Assembly: GCA_963727775.1 (NCBI GenBank)
Contig: CAVSHB010000002.1
Location: forward strand, 480,001 to 544,000
Length of the DNA: 64,000 nucleotides
Origin: an uncultured Nitrospiraceae bacterium
Lineage (GTDB): Bacteria; Nitrospirota; Thermodesulfovibrionia; Thermodesulfovibrionales; SM23-35
Reading direction: 5' to 3'
Part shown: one piece after another, positions 9,653-19,596 of the stretch
How the letters are laid out: each line of letters begins with the position of its first letter
Numbering within the stretch: position 1 is the first letter of the stretch
Position numbers and translations under genes: made by a program
The notes under the pieces: model-generated
Told to the model about the DNA's origin: nothing
The model's input: only the letters and a program-made list of their open reading frames with translations
The model's database searches: none

Positions 9653-10597
9653 ATGATGGACATTCTTATTACGGGAGGAGCCGGTTTTATCGGAAGCCAC
9701 TTATGTGATTACCTGATTAGGGGAAAAGATAAGAGGCTCACCATTGTCGACAATTTATCTCTCGGAAGAAATGAAAACATTTCTCATTTGACGGGTACTG
9801 GAAATGTCAGGTTCTTTGAACAAGACATTCTTGATGAAAGAAAAATGTCTCAATTATTCGAGAAAGAACAATATGACATTGTTTTCCATATGGCTGCAAA
9901 TTCAGATATTGCGAAAAGTCATGCTGAGCCCGGCATTGATTTAAATAACACATTCATGACCACCTATACTGTTCTGAATCTTATGCGGCAGTATGATGTG
10001 AAGAAGATCGTATTTGCATCGTCATCTGCAATATACGGAGAAACAACAGAAACACTTACTGAAGATTACGGACCGCTCTTGCCGCTCTCTCATTACGGTG
10101 CTGCAAAACTCGCTTCTGAAGCATTTATATCTTCTTTTGCCGAGAATTATGGAATGCAGGCGTGGATAGTGCGGTTTCCCAATGTGGCGGGGGAGAGATC
10201 AACGCATGGCGTTATTTTTGATTTCATTGCCAAATTAAGGAAGGACCCCCGTACTTTGGAAGTATTGGGGGACGGAGAACAATATAAACCATATCTCTAT
10301 GTGAAAGATCTTGTTGAAGCAATACTTTTTATATGTGAAAATTCAAAAGAAAAGGTAAATTGTTTTAATGTAGGAGTAGGATCACGCACAAAGGTGAAAG
10401 ATATTGCCCGGATGGTTGTTGAGGAAATGGGATTGCATGCTGAAATAAAATATACCGGCGGGGATCGGGGATGGATAGGCGATGTACCGGAATTTTCATA
10501 TGATTTATCAAGAATTCATGCTCTTGGCTGGAAAGCAAAAATATCCTCGGATGAGGCAGTGAGAAAATCAATAAGGTATATCTTGGGGAAGAGTTAA
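9653..10597 (+). CDS. NAD-dependent nucleotide-sugar epimerase/dehydratase
   Basis: TGGAGFIGSHL, SSSAIYG, YGAAK. Confidence 0.9.
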   Translation: MMDILITGGAGFIGSHLCDYLIRGKDKRLTIVDNLSLGRNENISHLTGTGNVRFFEQDILDERKMSQLFEKEQYDIVFHMAANSDIAKSHAEPGIDLNNTFMTTYTVLNLMRQYDVKKIVFASSSAIYGETTETLTEDYGPLLPLSHYGAAKLASEAFISSFAENYGMQAWIVRFPNVAGERSTHGVIFDFIAKLRKDPRTLEVLGDGEQYKPYLYVKDLVEAILFICENSKEKVNCFNVGVGSRTKVKDIARMVVEEMGLHAEIKYTGGDRGWIGDVPEFSYDLSRIHALGWKAKISSDEAVRKSIRYILGKS

Positions 10598-10623
10598 ATA
10601 TTGTTGCGGATAATAAGAGAAGC

Positions 10624-11907
10624 ATGAAAGTTGTTATCATCGCCGGCGGTAAGGGAACCCGTCTCGGGTTGAAAGAGATCCCAAAGCCGATGATAAAAAT
10701 CGCCGGAAAACCCATCCTTGAGCATCAGATAGAAATGGCGAGAAGATATGGAATTAGTGATTATTTTATTTTATCTGGACATCTTGGAAATATTATTTTT
10801 GATTATTTCGGGAACGGCGAGAATTTCGGGGTCAAGATTACACATATAATTGATCCTTATCCGCTCGGCACAGCGGGAAGCCTTAAACTTCTTGAACATA
10901 TTCTTACAGAACGATTCTTTGTGTTCTACGGGGATGTGGTAATGGACGTTGATCTTAAGGATATGCTGGAATTTGATAAGCAAAATGGAGGAACAGCTAC
11001 CGTTACCGTGCATCCCAATGACCATCCTTATGACAGTGATCTTGTCGAAGTCGATGAGGATAATTATGTTAAGGCATTCCATCCCAAACCTCATAAGGAA
11101 GGGATTTATTATAGAAATCTCGTCAACGCTGCGCTTTACATATTCTCGCCTGAAATTTTCATGCATATTCCTTTTGGCGAACCAAAAGATTTCGGCAGAG
11201 ATATATTCCCGGAATTGGTGGAACGCAATAAGAAGATCGGTGCATATAAAACTGTTGAATATATCAAAGATGTGGGTACGCATGACAGATTGGAGAAGGT
11301 ATCCCGGGATTTCGAGAGCGGGAAAGTGGCCCGGTTGAACAGGAGTAATAAACGGAAAGCCATCTTCCTTGACCGTGACGGAGTTATCAATAAATTTGTT
11401 GATAATCTTTCCCTTGTGGAAGAGTTTGAACTTGTCGATAAAGCGGCGGAAACAATAGCGAGAATAAATAAAAGCGAATTTATGAGTATTGTTGTGACAA
11501 ACCAACCGATGATAGCAAAAGGTTTTCTAACGGCAGAAACATTGAATGAGATGCACAAAAAAATGGATTCACTTTTGGGCGTGGGAAGGGCATACATTGA
11601 TCACTTGTATTATTGTCCTCATCACCCGCAAGCGGGGTTTGAAGGCGAGATCAGGAAGTTGAAGACAGAATGTGAATGCCGAAAGCCAAAACCCGGAATG
11701 TTTTTCCAGGCGGCAAAAGACTTTAATATCGATTTGAGTAGCTCATGGATGGTTGGTGACCATGAACGAGATATCATGGCAGGCAGGCGGGCAGGCTGTA
11801 GAACAATTTATTTAAATGATCAAGGCAAAGAAAATGAACTTGCGGATTATTTATTTAGTAACTTATCTGAAGCAATAGATTTTATTTTGGAGAAGGAGCA
11901 CAAATGA
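10624..11907 (+). CDS. Fusion of nucleotidyltransferase (HddC-like) and heptose-bisphosphate phosphatase (GmhB, HAD)
   Basis: AGGKGTRL...PKPM, then FLDRDGVIN, VTNQ, YYCPHHP, CECRKPKPGM. Confidence 0.9.
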   Translation: MKVVIIAGGKGTRLGLKEIPKPMIKIAGKPILEHQIEMARRYGISDYFILSGHLGNIIFDYFGNGENFGVKITHIIDPYPLGTAGSLKLLEHILTERFFVFYGDVVMDVDLKDMLEFDKQNGGTATVTVHPNDHPYDSDLVEVDEDNYVKAFHPKPHKEGIYYRNLVNAALYIFSPEIFMHIPFGEPKDFGRDIFPELVERNKKIGAYKTVEYIKDVGTHDRLEKVSRDFESGKVARLNRSNKRKAIFLDRDGVINKFVDNLSLVEEFELVDKAAETIARINKSEFMSIVVTNQPMIAKGFLTAETLNEMHKKMDSLLGVGRAYIDHLYYCPHHPQAGFEGEIRKLKTECECRKPKPGMFFQAAKDFNIDLSSSWMVGDHERDIMAGRRAGCRTIYLNDQGKENELADYLFSNLSEAIDFILEKEHK

Positions 11908-12884
11908 TTATTACTCGTACACCATTTCGAATAAGTTTTTGCGGGGGAGGGAGTGACCTTAAGGAATATTACTTTAAATATGGAGGTGCTGTTTTAAGCG
12001 CAAGTATAAATAAATATGTTTTTCTCTCCCTCCATCCTTTTTTCTATGGCAACAAGTATTTTTTGAAATATTCAAAAAGTGAACTCGTAGACAATATTGA
12101 TCAAATCCAACACAGAATTATACGTCAAATTTTTAAGGATTATGGAATCAATGGCGTGGATTTTAACTCAAGCGCTGATATTCCTTCGGGCACGGGGTTG
12201 GGGTCTTCCTCTGCATTTACAGTCGGACTTATTAATCTTTGTAACGCGTATGTTGGAAAGTATATGAATAAAGAAGAAATGGCAAGATATGCTTGCGAGA
12301 TTGAAGTTGAAAAATTAGGTGAGCCTATAGGTAAGCAAGATCAGTTTATCTGTGCAATAGGGGGACTTAATTATATCTCATTTCATCGGGACGATAGTGT
12401 TACCGTTGAAAAAGTATATATTGACCATGTGAAAAGAAAATATCTTGAGAAGAATTTACTTATGTTTTATACGGGGATAACCCGTTCCGCAAGCGAAATA
12501 TTAGCAGAGCAGCAAAACAATACCTGTATAGATAAATCTAAAATCGAAAATCTACATAAGATGGTCAAATTAGCCGGTGAGCTTAAGAATGAACTTTTAA
12601 GAGGCAACATCGATGCATTGGGAGAAATACTCCGTGCAGGCTGGATGTATAAAAGGGAACTTGCGTCAGGAATATCTAATGAGCAGATCAACTATTATTA
12701 TGATATCGCCATGAAAAACGGCGCGACAGGCGGAAAACTCCTTGGCGCTGGTGGAGGTGGCTTCTTGCTTTTCTATGTAAAAGAGGATTATCAAGATAGG
12801 GTCCGAAACGCGCTGAGTGACCTTAAGGAACTTGAATTCCATTTTGATTACGCAGGCACAAGCATAATATATTACGATAAATGA
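11904..12884 (+). CDS. hddA: D-glycero-alpha-D-manno-heptose-7-phosphate kinase (GHMP family)
   Basis: TPFRISFCGGGSD, PSGTGLGSSS, GKQDQ, GGKLLGAGGGGF. Confidence 0.85.
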   Translation: MIITRTPFRISFCGGGSDLKEYYFKYGGAVLSASINKYVFLSLHPFFYGNKYFLKYSKSELVDNIDQIQHRIIRQIFKDYGINGVDFNSSADIPSGTGLGSSSAFTVGLINLCNAYVGKYMNKEEMARYACEIEVEKLGEPIGKQDQFICAIGGLNYISFHRDDSVTVEKVYIDHVKRKYLEKNLLMFYTGITRSASEILAEQQNNTCIDKSKIENLHKMVKLAGELKNELLRGNIDALGEILRAGWMYKRELASGISNEQINYYYDIAMKNGATGGKLLGAGGGGFLLFYVKEDYQDRVRNALSDLKELEFHFDYAGTSIIYYDK

Positions 12885-12896
12885 ATGAATTAAAAG

Positions 12897-14315
12897 ATGG
12901 ATATGAAAAGAAAGAACTTAGATTTCTTTGAAAAAATAGCGCCTGAGAGAGATAAATGGAAGGAGAAAAATAAATCTTATTGGGAAGACATAGAAAACTT
13001 TTGTTCATTCTTGGTCCCTGAAAATGCGAGTGTATTAGAGGTTGGTTGTGGAACAGGAGATCTGCTGGCCTCTATTCAGGCGAGAAAAAAAGTCGGCATC
13101 GATTACAGCAGTACGATGATCGAGGTCGCCGGGAAAAAATATCCGGATATTGATTTTTTTGTTATGGAAGCCGAGAATTTAATTTTCAATGAAAAGTTTG
13201 ACTATATCATTATCTCAAATTTAATCGGATATCTTGAAGATATCCAAAAGATTTTTTTTGAGTTGAAAAAAGTAAGTCATCCCCATACAAAGCTTATTGT
13301 TACTTATTATAATTTCTTGTGGCAGCCGTTATTAAATATTGCTGAATTGCTTAATTTGCGAATGAGGCAGCCGCAACAGAACTGGCTTTCCAAACAGGAC
13401 ATTATTAACCTCCTTTACTTATCAGGGTTCGATGCATTCAAAAGCGGAGAACGCTTGCTGTTTCCGATAAATGTCCCTTTTATTTCATCATTTTTAAACA
13501 AATATTTCGCAAAGCTCCCCTTGCTTAAAAAGTTGTGTCTTACCAATTATGTTATCGCGAAACCATTTCAATCAGAAGATGATTATAAAGATAAATATTC
13601 GGTATCAGTTATTATTCCTGCCAGGAATGAAAGCGGAAATATTGAGAATGCTATTCTCAGAATTCCTCAGATGGGAAGACATACGGAAATTATTTTTGTG
13701 GAAGGAAATTCGACGGACGACACCTGGAGAAAAATACAGGAGATGTACGAGAAATATAAAGCTCAATATGACATTAAGATCGCCCGGCAGGATGGCAAGG
13801 GAAAGGGAGATGCCGTGCGTAAAGGATTTGATATGGCCCATGGCGACATCCTTATGATCCTTGATGCGGATTTGACAGTTCAACCAGAGGACCTGCCAAA
13901 ATTCTATGATGCTATTGCCTCGGGGAAAGGTGAATTTATCAACGGCAGTCGTCTTGTTTACAACATGGATAAAAAGGCGATGAGATTTCTGAACCTCTTA
14001 GGGAACAAATTTTTCAGCCTAATGTTCACATGGCTTCTTGATCAGAGATTTAAAGATACGCTGTGCGGTACAAAAGTGATATTCAAAGGCGACTATGAAG
14101 AATTAAAGAAAGGCAGGAAATTTTTTGGCGATTTCGACCCCTTTGGTGATTTCGACTTGATTTTCGGCGCTTCCAAATTAAATCTAAAGATTGCCGAAGT
14201 ACCTATTCAATATAGAGAGCGGACATACGGATCGACGAATATCAGCAGATTCAGCCATGGTTTATTGCTCTTGAAAATGTGCCTTTTTGCAGCGAAGAAA
14301 ATAAAATTCAATTAG
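12897..14315 (+). CDS. Methyltransferase-like domain fused to DPM1-like GT2 (polyprenyl-phosphate glycosyltransferase type)
   Basis: VLEVGCGTG in the N-terminal half; SVIIPARNE, GKGDAVRKG, ILDADL, NGSR, DTLCGTK, EVPIQYRER.G in the C-terminal half. Confidence 0.8.
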   Translation: MDMKRKNLDFFEKIAPERDKWKEKNKSYWEDIENFCSFLVPENASVLEVGCGTGDLLASIQARKKVGIDYSSTMIEVAGKKYPDIDFFVMEAENLIFNEKFDYIIISNLIGYLEDIQKIFFELKKVSHPHTKLIVTYYNFLWQPLLNIAELLNLRMRQPQQNWLSKQDIINLLYLSGFDAFKSGERLLFPINVPFISSFLNKYFAKLPLLKKLCLTNYVIAKPFQSEDDYKDKYSVSVIIPARNESGNIENAILRIPQMGRHTEIIFVEGNSTDDTWRKIQEMYEKYKAQYDIKIARQDGKGKGDAVRKGFDMAHGDILMILDADLTVQPEDLPKFYDAIASGKGEFINGSRLVYNMDKKAMRFLNLLGNKFFSLMFTWLLDQRFKDTLCGTKVIFKGDYEELKKGRKFFGDFDPFGDFDLIFGASKLNLKIAEVPIQYRERTYGSTNISRFSHGLLLLKMCLFAAKKIKFN

Positions 14316-14469
14316 GCTATAAGAGTGAAATCCGAATCAGTTTATCTGCCCTACAGACGAGAAAGGCAACTCTTAATATGAACGATGAAGTGATAGAGAA
14401 ATGCGCGATCCCTTAAGAAATCTTTGTCGTTAAGAATTAATCGGCCTCTCAAAGTTATAAGGAGTCTCT

Positions 14470-16671
14470 GTGAGTTGCAATTGTATAAATAGCAAAATGA
14501 GAAACAATAAAGATGTACTTATTTTGATAGGTGTTATCCTTTTCTTTGTTTCAGGTAATCTTGTTTGGTTCAAAATGGATCAGGTGCCACCAATGTGGGA
14601 TCAGGCTGTATATTTAAAAGAAAGCCTGATTCTTTATGATAAGTTAACAAATGAGGGCCTCGTATCTTTTTGTAATGCTTTTACTCATGCGATTAAAATA
14701 AAGGCGCCATTAATTGCAGTTATGCCTGTGCCTTTTTATCTGCTATTTGGTAAAGGATACATAAGCGCTCTTTGTGTCAATCTTTTATTTATTTTTATCA
14801 ACAGCTATTACCTTTACAATCTTGGCGCAATAATATCAGGCCGCAGAGTTGCTTTGCTAAGTGTCCTCATTTTGAATCTTTTCCCGCTGGTATTTGGGAT
14901 GTCAAGGGAGTTTTTAGTTGAATACGGTCTCATGACCCTTGTAGTTATGTGGTTTTATTATCTTCTCAGATCGGACTGTTTTGAAAACAGGAAATATTCT
15001 CTGGTGCTCGGAATTGTTTCCGGTCTCGGAATGCTTATGAAAGTTTCTTTCCCTCTTTATGTTATTGCCCCTGCGCTCTTCCTTTGCATTAAAAGTGTCA
15101 TTAAGCAGAAGAAACTATCCGGAGTATCTATTGTGAATTTTCTGATGGCGCTTATTGCCGGAACGTTGTTGGCAGGTGTTTGGTATTTAAAGAACTTCTC
15201 CTATGTCATGGACTTCGCACTAACATCGGGATATGGACAAGTGGCGGAAAAGTACCAGATGGGCGCTGTGTTTTCACTGGAAACTATTCTTAAATATTGG
15301 TTGTTCATAATAAATTACGGCATATCCACATATATGTTTTTGGTGATTGGTTGCCTGATTATTATTTGGGGTGTCGCCTATCTGGCTAAGCGGACAGCAG
15401 CCTCACTGGAGAAAGATTATTTTTATTTCCTCTTAATTTGGTTCGCAGTTCCATTTGTTGTCTACACATTTGGAGTGAACAAAGACTACCGCTATATTAC
15501 TCCCGTTTGTCCATCTATTGCGCTATTAATGAGTATAGGACTAACCCATATCCCTTTCATTAAACTTAATACCCCGCAGTCTCTGCTGCGGGTACCTTGC
15601 GGTGTCGGGGTGCAGGGCGTCGGAGCGAAGCGGAGACCCTTGCCCACAGCACGGGGTCTAATACCCCGTGCACGGAGTACTGAGCGTAGCGAAGCTTTTA
15701 TTAAATACAGAAAGATTTTACAGGTTTTTCTTGTAATCTTACCCATTATTAACTATTTGTTTATTTCTTTTTACATGAAGCCTGTGAGTTTAGAAACCAA
15801 ACACTTTGTTTTGCTGGATAATAACCTTTCTTACACCCATCCACCTCGCAAAGAAAAATGGCCAAATGAAAGATTAATTGATTTCATACGCATTGATGCA
15901 ATAAGAACTGGAATAAGTCCTCAGTCAGTTGAGACAACATTGTTGTTTGATCATAATTATATGAACGATAGCACTCAGAATTATTATTCGAAAAAAGAAG
16001 GGGCAGGCATTAATTTTATTACAAATGACTATTATTCTAATGAGAGCATAGCCGAAACGGTTGATAAAATAGAGAATAAATCAAGCTATATTGTTACAAA
16101 ATCCGACAACCTCGGCCCGGATTTTTCGAATGTCAAAAACATTCCCATTATTGAACGTTTGAATGGAGGTAAGTTGCATTTTGAAAAAATCGGGGTGATT
16201 CCCCTGCCCGACGAGACTTTCTTAACAATTTACAGAAATAGGGATATAAAAAATAATTCAGCGGTTGAGATATTAAAAGATTACAATTCTCATGCACAGA
16301 AATTAGTCAATTTTTCGGGCAAAATAAGATTGCTGAATTCGGAATTAGAGCGCAACAAGAATGAATATCGAATGACCTTTTCCTGGGAATGTCTTGGTAA
16401 TATGGACCGAAACTACAGAATATTCGTCCATATATTTGATTCTCATAATGACTCGATTTTGAATTTGGACCATTTACCACTTGGTGCTTACCCGACATCC
16501 AAATGGAAAAAAGGAGAGATTATCAAGGATAAACTAAGATTTACAATGTATCCGGACAAAAACTTTCAGGTATACATCGGCGTGTATGAGGAAGATAATG
16601 GTAGCAGATTGCTTGTTAAGGATAAAATCGAGAACGATGATGAAAACATAAAGGGATTCAGAATTTATTAA
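14470..16671 (+). CDS. ArnT/PMT-like GT-C membrane glycosyltransferase carrying an in-frame 47-aa repeat insertion
   Basis: PPMWDQ..Y loop after the first TM, many TM helices, GMLMK, KDYRY; periplasmic C-terminal domain. Start may be the downstream ATG (MRNNK). Confidence 0.75.
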   Translation: MSCNCINSKMRNNKDVLILIGVILFFVSGNLVWFKMDQVPPMWDQAVYLKESLILYDKLTNEGLVSFCNAFTHAIKIKAPLIAVMPVPFYLLFGKGYISALCVNLLFIFINSYYLYNLGAIISGRRVALLSVLILNLFPLVFGMSREFLVEYGLMTLVVMWFYYLLRSDCFENRKYSLVLGIVSGLGMLMKVSFPLYVIAPALFLCIKSVIKQKKLSGVSIVNFLMALIAGTLLAGVWYLKNFSYVMDFALTSGYGQVAEKYQMGAVFSLETILKYWLFIINYGISTYMFLVIGCLIIIWGVAYLAKRTAASLEKDYFYFLLIWFAVPFVVYTFGVNKDYRYITPVCPSIALLMSIGLTHIPFIKLNTPQSLLRVPCGVGVQGVGAKRRPLPTARGLIPRARSTERSEAFIKYRKILQVFLVILPIINYLFISFYMKPVSLETKHFVLLDNNLSYTHPPRKEKWPNERLIDFIRIDAIRTGISPQSVETTLLFDHNYMNDSTQNYYSKKEGAGINFITNDYYSNESIAETVDKIENKSSYIVTKSDNLGPDFSNVKNIPIIERLNGGKLHFEKIGVIPLPDETFLTIYRNRDIKNNSAVEILKDYNSHAQKLVNFSGKIRLLNSELERNKNEYRMTFSWECLGNMDRNYRIFVHIFDSHNDSILNLDHLPLGAYPTSKWKKGEIIKDKLRFTMYPDKNFQVYIGVYEEDNGSRLLVKDKIENDDENIKGFRIY
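15565..15705. mobile_element. Palindromic REP/MITE-like element, copy 1, in-frame inside a CDS
   Basis: GC-rich island in an AT-rich gene; homologous to 18173-18314; multiple hairpins; bounded by ttcattaaa/tttattaaa. Confidence 0.85.
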
Positions 16672-16723
16672 TATTTCACGCACCAAGCACAACATTTATA
16701 GGGATAAGGAAGAACTTTATATA

Positions 16724-18118
16724 GTGAGAAATTTTTCTAATTTCACGAAGGGAATTATTGCATTTTACCTTTTTTCAATCGGGTATGCAATTATTACGCA
16801 ACGCCCTTTTTTTGCTGACGGAGCCCATAATTTTCTTAAGATACTCGAGATACAATCTTTTATTTATACAAATATCTTTGCGAGAGCGCATGCCATGTAT
16901 GTGTACTATTTCATCCCGTTAATCTTGATCAAGATATTTCATGTGAAAAATCTTGATTTCTTGTCGTATGCCTTTGGATTTGGACTATATCTGCCGCAGC
17001 TTGTCAGTCTGCTGATATGTTACTTTCTCACAAGAAAAAATAACATTCATTTCATGTTATTTCCTGTTATAGCCCTTTTTGGCATAACAATGAATCTTTC
17101 CTTTATCATCTTTCACGAGTCTCATCTAATTAATAATATCTTCTGGCCCATTTTATTCTATTTGATCTTAAAAGAGAACTTCTGCTGGAAGGACTCCGCC
17201 CTGTTACTTTTGCTCGGTGTCATATTTATGCGTTCCTATGAAACAGCTGCAATATTGGGGACGCTATTGATTATCTTATTAGTGGGCATAATTCGCCAGA
17301 GATGGCAAGGGGCCTTGGTGAAAACAAGAATGATTTGGATACTTATGTTGGTTATTTTTTCAGCCAGTGTAATTATTGCTACAAACTCAATAATCTCACC
17401 AGATATCCCGGCAAATCGAGCTTCTTTCATCTATTCTTTCCACAATCTTTTAAGGCACTGGATGGCTTTACTGTCTATTGGCTATATTATTCTGATATCT
17501 CTTTGCCTATTTAAGCCAGACTTTGTTAGAACATCCCTTTATCGATACATCACTGTGCTTTTGGTTGCCTTTACTATATTCATAAGCTTAACCCCGATTT
17601 TTGTGCCGAGCCTCATGAGACCCGATTTGCATTATCATGCGAGGGCCTTCATGACATATATGTTGCCCTTCCTTTCGGTTGTAGCATATTTAGTTATGAG
17701 GAATATCGTTACTGTTCCTGATTTCGCTTGGAGAAAGGTTTGGGTACTGGTGGCCTTCTTGGCACTCAGTCAGATAACCTGGCATGTGTTTGCAACGAGC
17801 CAATGGAATGGTTTCCGTCAAATATTCAAGGGCGAATTAGCCGCCCATAATGGTTTTGTGCGCGCAGAAGATACAATGCTAGTAAAAGACAATGTCGGCA
17901 TTCAATTAATTAGACCCTTAACCTGGCCATGGACAAACCCAACATTAAGTATCCTCTGGTCTAAGGATCAAGATGTCAGTACCATTATTAGTATTTCATC
18001 GATTGACTGGCCGTTTGACTGGCAACCCTTTAATCCATCAGTAGTCAGTGAACTGCCCAGAGTCGAAGGATTTGGGTTCTCCTTGGAAAAATACAGACAG
18101 GGCCTTTCTGAAAAATAA
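16724..18118 (+). CDS. Polytopic membrane protein, possibly GT-C superfamily
   Basis: About 11 hydrophobic segments; FFADG loop after the first TM. Confidence 0.55.
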   Translation: MRNFSNFTKGIIAFYLFSIGYAIITQRPFFADGAHNFLKILEIQSFIYTNIFARAHAMYVYYFIPLILIKIFHVKNLDFLSYAFGFGLYLPQLVSLLICYFLTRKNNIHFMLFPVIALFGITMNLSFIIFHESHLINNIFWPILFYLILKENFCWKDSALLLLLGVIFMRSYETAAILGTLLIILLVGIIRQRWQGALVKTRMIWILMLVIFSASVIIATNSIISPDIPANRASFIYSFHNLLRHWMALLSIGYIILISLCLFKPDFVRTSLYRYITVLLVAFTIFISLTPIFVPSLMRPDLHYHARAFMTYMLPFLSVVAYLVMRNIVTVPDFAWRKVWVLVAFLALSQITWHVFATSQWNGFRQIFKGELAAHNGFVRAEDTMLVKDNVGIQLIRPLTWPWTNPTLSILWSKDQDVSTIISISSIDWPFDWQPFNPSVVSELPRVEGFGFSLEKYRQGLSEK

Positions 18119-18172
18119 AACTCATGGTGTATGCTCTAATATTTTTTCCGTGCGTTTAGAATATATTTATTA

Positions 18173-18314
18173 ATCTCCATACCCCGCAGTCTCTGCGGCG
18201 GGCACCTTACGTCGTCGGGGTGCAGGGCGTCGGAGCGAAGCGCAGACCCTTGCCGACCCGCGGGGTCTAATACCCCGTGGTGTCGTGCCGAGCAAAGCGA
18301 GGTTTAGTTTATTA
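18173..18314. mobile_element. Palindromic REP/MITE-like element, copy 2, intergenic
   Basis: Shares ataccccgcagtctctgc...gtcggggtgcagggcgtcggagcgaagcg...gacccttgcc...cggggtctaataccccgtg with copy 1; bounded by tttatta at 18166 and 18308. Confidence 0.85.
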
Positions 18315-18444
18315 TTTCCTGCGGAACTGTTAAAATTTATTAGATTGTGAAATGTGCGCCCTTGTGACAGATTCACTCTTGCAAAAAACATAATAAAAAT
18401 GATCAGGGATTTTTTCGGGGCATAACTTATCAGGTTGGAGGCAA

Positions 18445-19473
18445 ATGCAAAAAAAAAAATTACACCTCAGCGTAATCATCTGTACTTATAACCGTGCAGA
18501 ACTTCTTGAAAAGGTATTGGAGAGTCTTAAAAGCCAGACTCTCTCTAAAAACCTTTTTGAGATAATCGTTATTGACGGTTCATCTGATAATACCAAAGAT
18601 ACGGTGAAATCCTTCCAAAGCGCGCTTCCTGTCCATTATTTTTTTCAGAACGATGCAGGTCTTGCCGCCGCCAGGAATCACGGTATCTATGCATCTCAGG
18701 GAGAGATATTGCTTTTTCTTGATGATGATGATATTGCTACGCCAACACTATTGGAAGAGCATATCAAAACTCATCGGAAATATCCTGGCAATAATTATGC
18801 AGTTTTACATTACACGACCTGGGCGCCGAATCTTCTTGTTACACCATTGATGCATTTTATCACTGAGGTCGGCTGTTTTCTTTTTTCGTATCCTCAGTTC
18901 AACCATGGGGATATCCTTGATTACACCTATTTTTGGGGAGGGAGGTCTTCCTGTAAGAGATCATTCTTAATAGAATATGGAGTTTTTAACCCTCTATTTC
19001 GTTTTGGGTATGAAGATATTGAACTCGGTTACCGTCTCGCCCCGCACGGATTAAAGGTTGTTTACAATAGCAAAGCGGTAGCCAAGATGATCAGGCCTGT
19101 ATCATTCGATGATTTCTGCCGTCGACTTATTAAACAGGGAAAATCACAGTATGTTTTTAGTACCCTTCATTGTGATCAGGGCAACCATGAGGTTTACATT
19201 TGGGCAGAGATTGTCGGGGTCGAGGACAAATGGAATGCCATTAAAGACGTCTATCAGGCAAAAATCAAGTCTGCTAAGGCATTGGACAAAGTTGCCGACA
19301 TGAAACTCAAGTACGCAATGGATATGGATGAGACAACGAAGGGTTTGTTGCATAAGGCATATTGGTGGGCATTCAAGGCATGCAAAATAAAGGGCATCAT
19401 TGAGGCAAAAGAGGAGTTGCAGCAGAAAGCGCATGGCACTGAGGCAGACCGGAATGCATCTTCTCCAGCCTGA
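18445..19473 (+). CDS. GT2 glycosyltransferase
   Basis: SVIICTYNRA, GLAAARNHG, FLDDD, GYEDIELGYRL; RBS ggagg. Confidence 0.9.
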   Translation: MQKKKLHLSVIICTYNRAELLEKVLESLKSQTLSKNLFEIIVIDGSSDNTKDTVKSFQSALPVHYFFQNDAGLAAARNHGIYASQGEILLFLDDDDIATPTLLEEHIKTHRKYPGNNYAVLHYTTWAPNLLVTPLMHFITEVGCFLFSYPQFNHGDILDYTYFWGGRSSCKRSFLIEYGVFNPLFRFGYEDIELGYRLAPHGLKVVYNSKAVAKMIRPVSFDDFCRRLIKQGKSQYVFSTLHCDQGNHEVYIWAEIVGVEDKWNAIKDVYQAKIKSAKALDKVADMKLKYAMDMDETTKGLLHKAYWWAFKACKIKGIIEAKEELQQKAHGTEADRNASSPA

Positions 19474-19596
19474 ATATCATGCGGACACGGAGAACCCTGA
19501 GGGGACCGTCCGCAACGATAATTAGATCACCCATCATGAAGACCCATCCTGTTCGGTTTGACTTTATATTGTCACATCCGTATCTTACTATGCACA

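Noticed and set aside
18170..18391. 73-aa minus-strand ORF
   Set aside because: It is a translation of the palindromic element.
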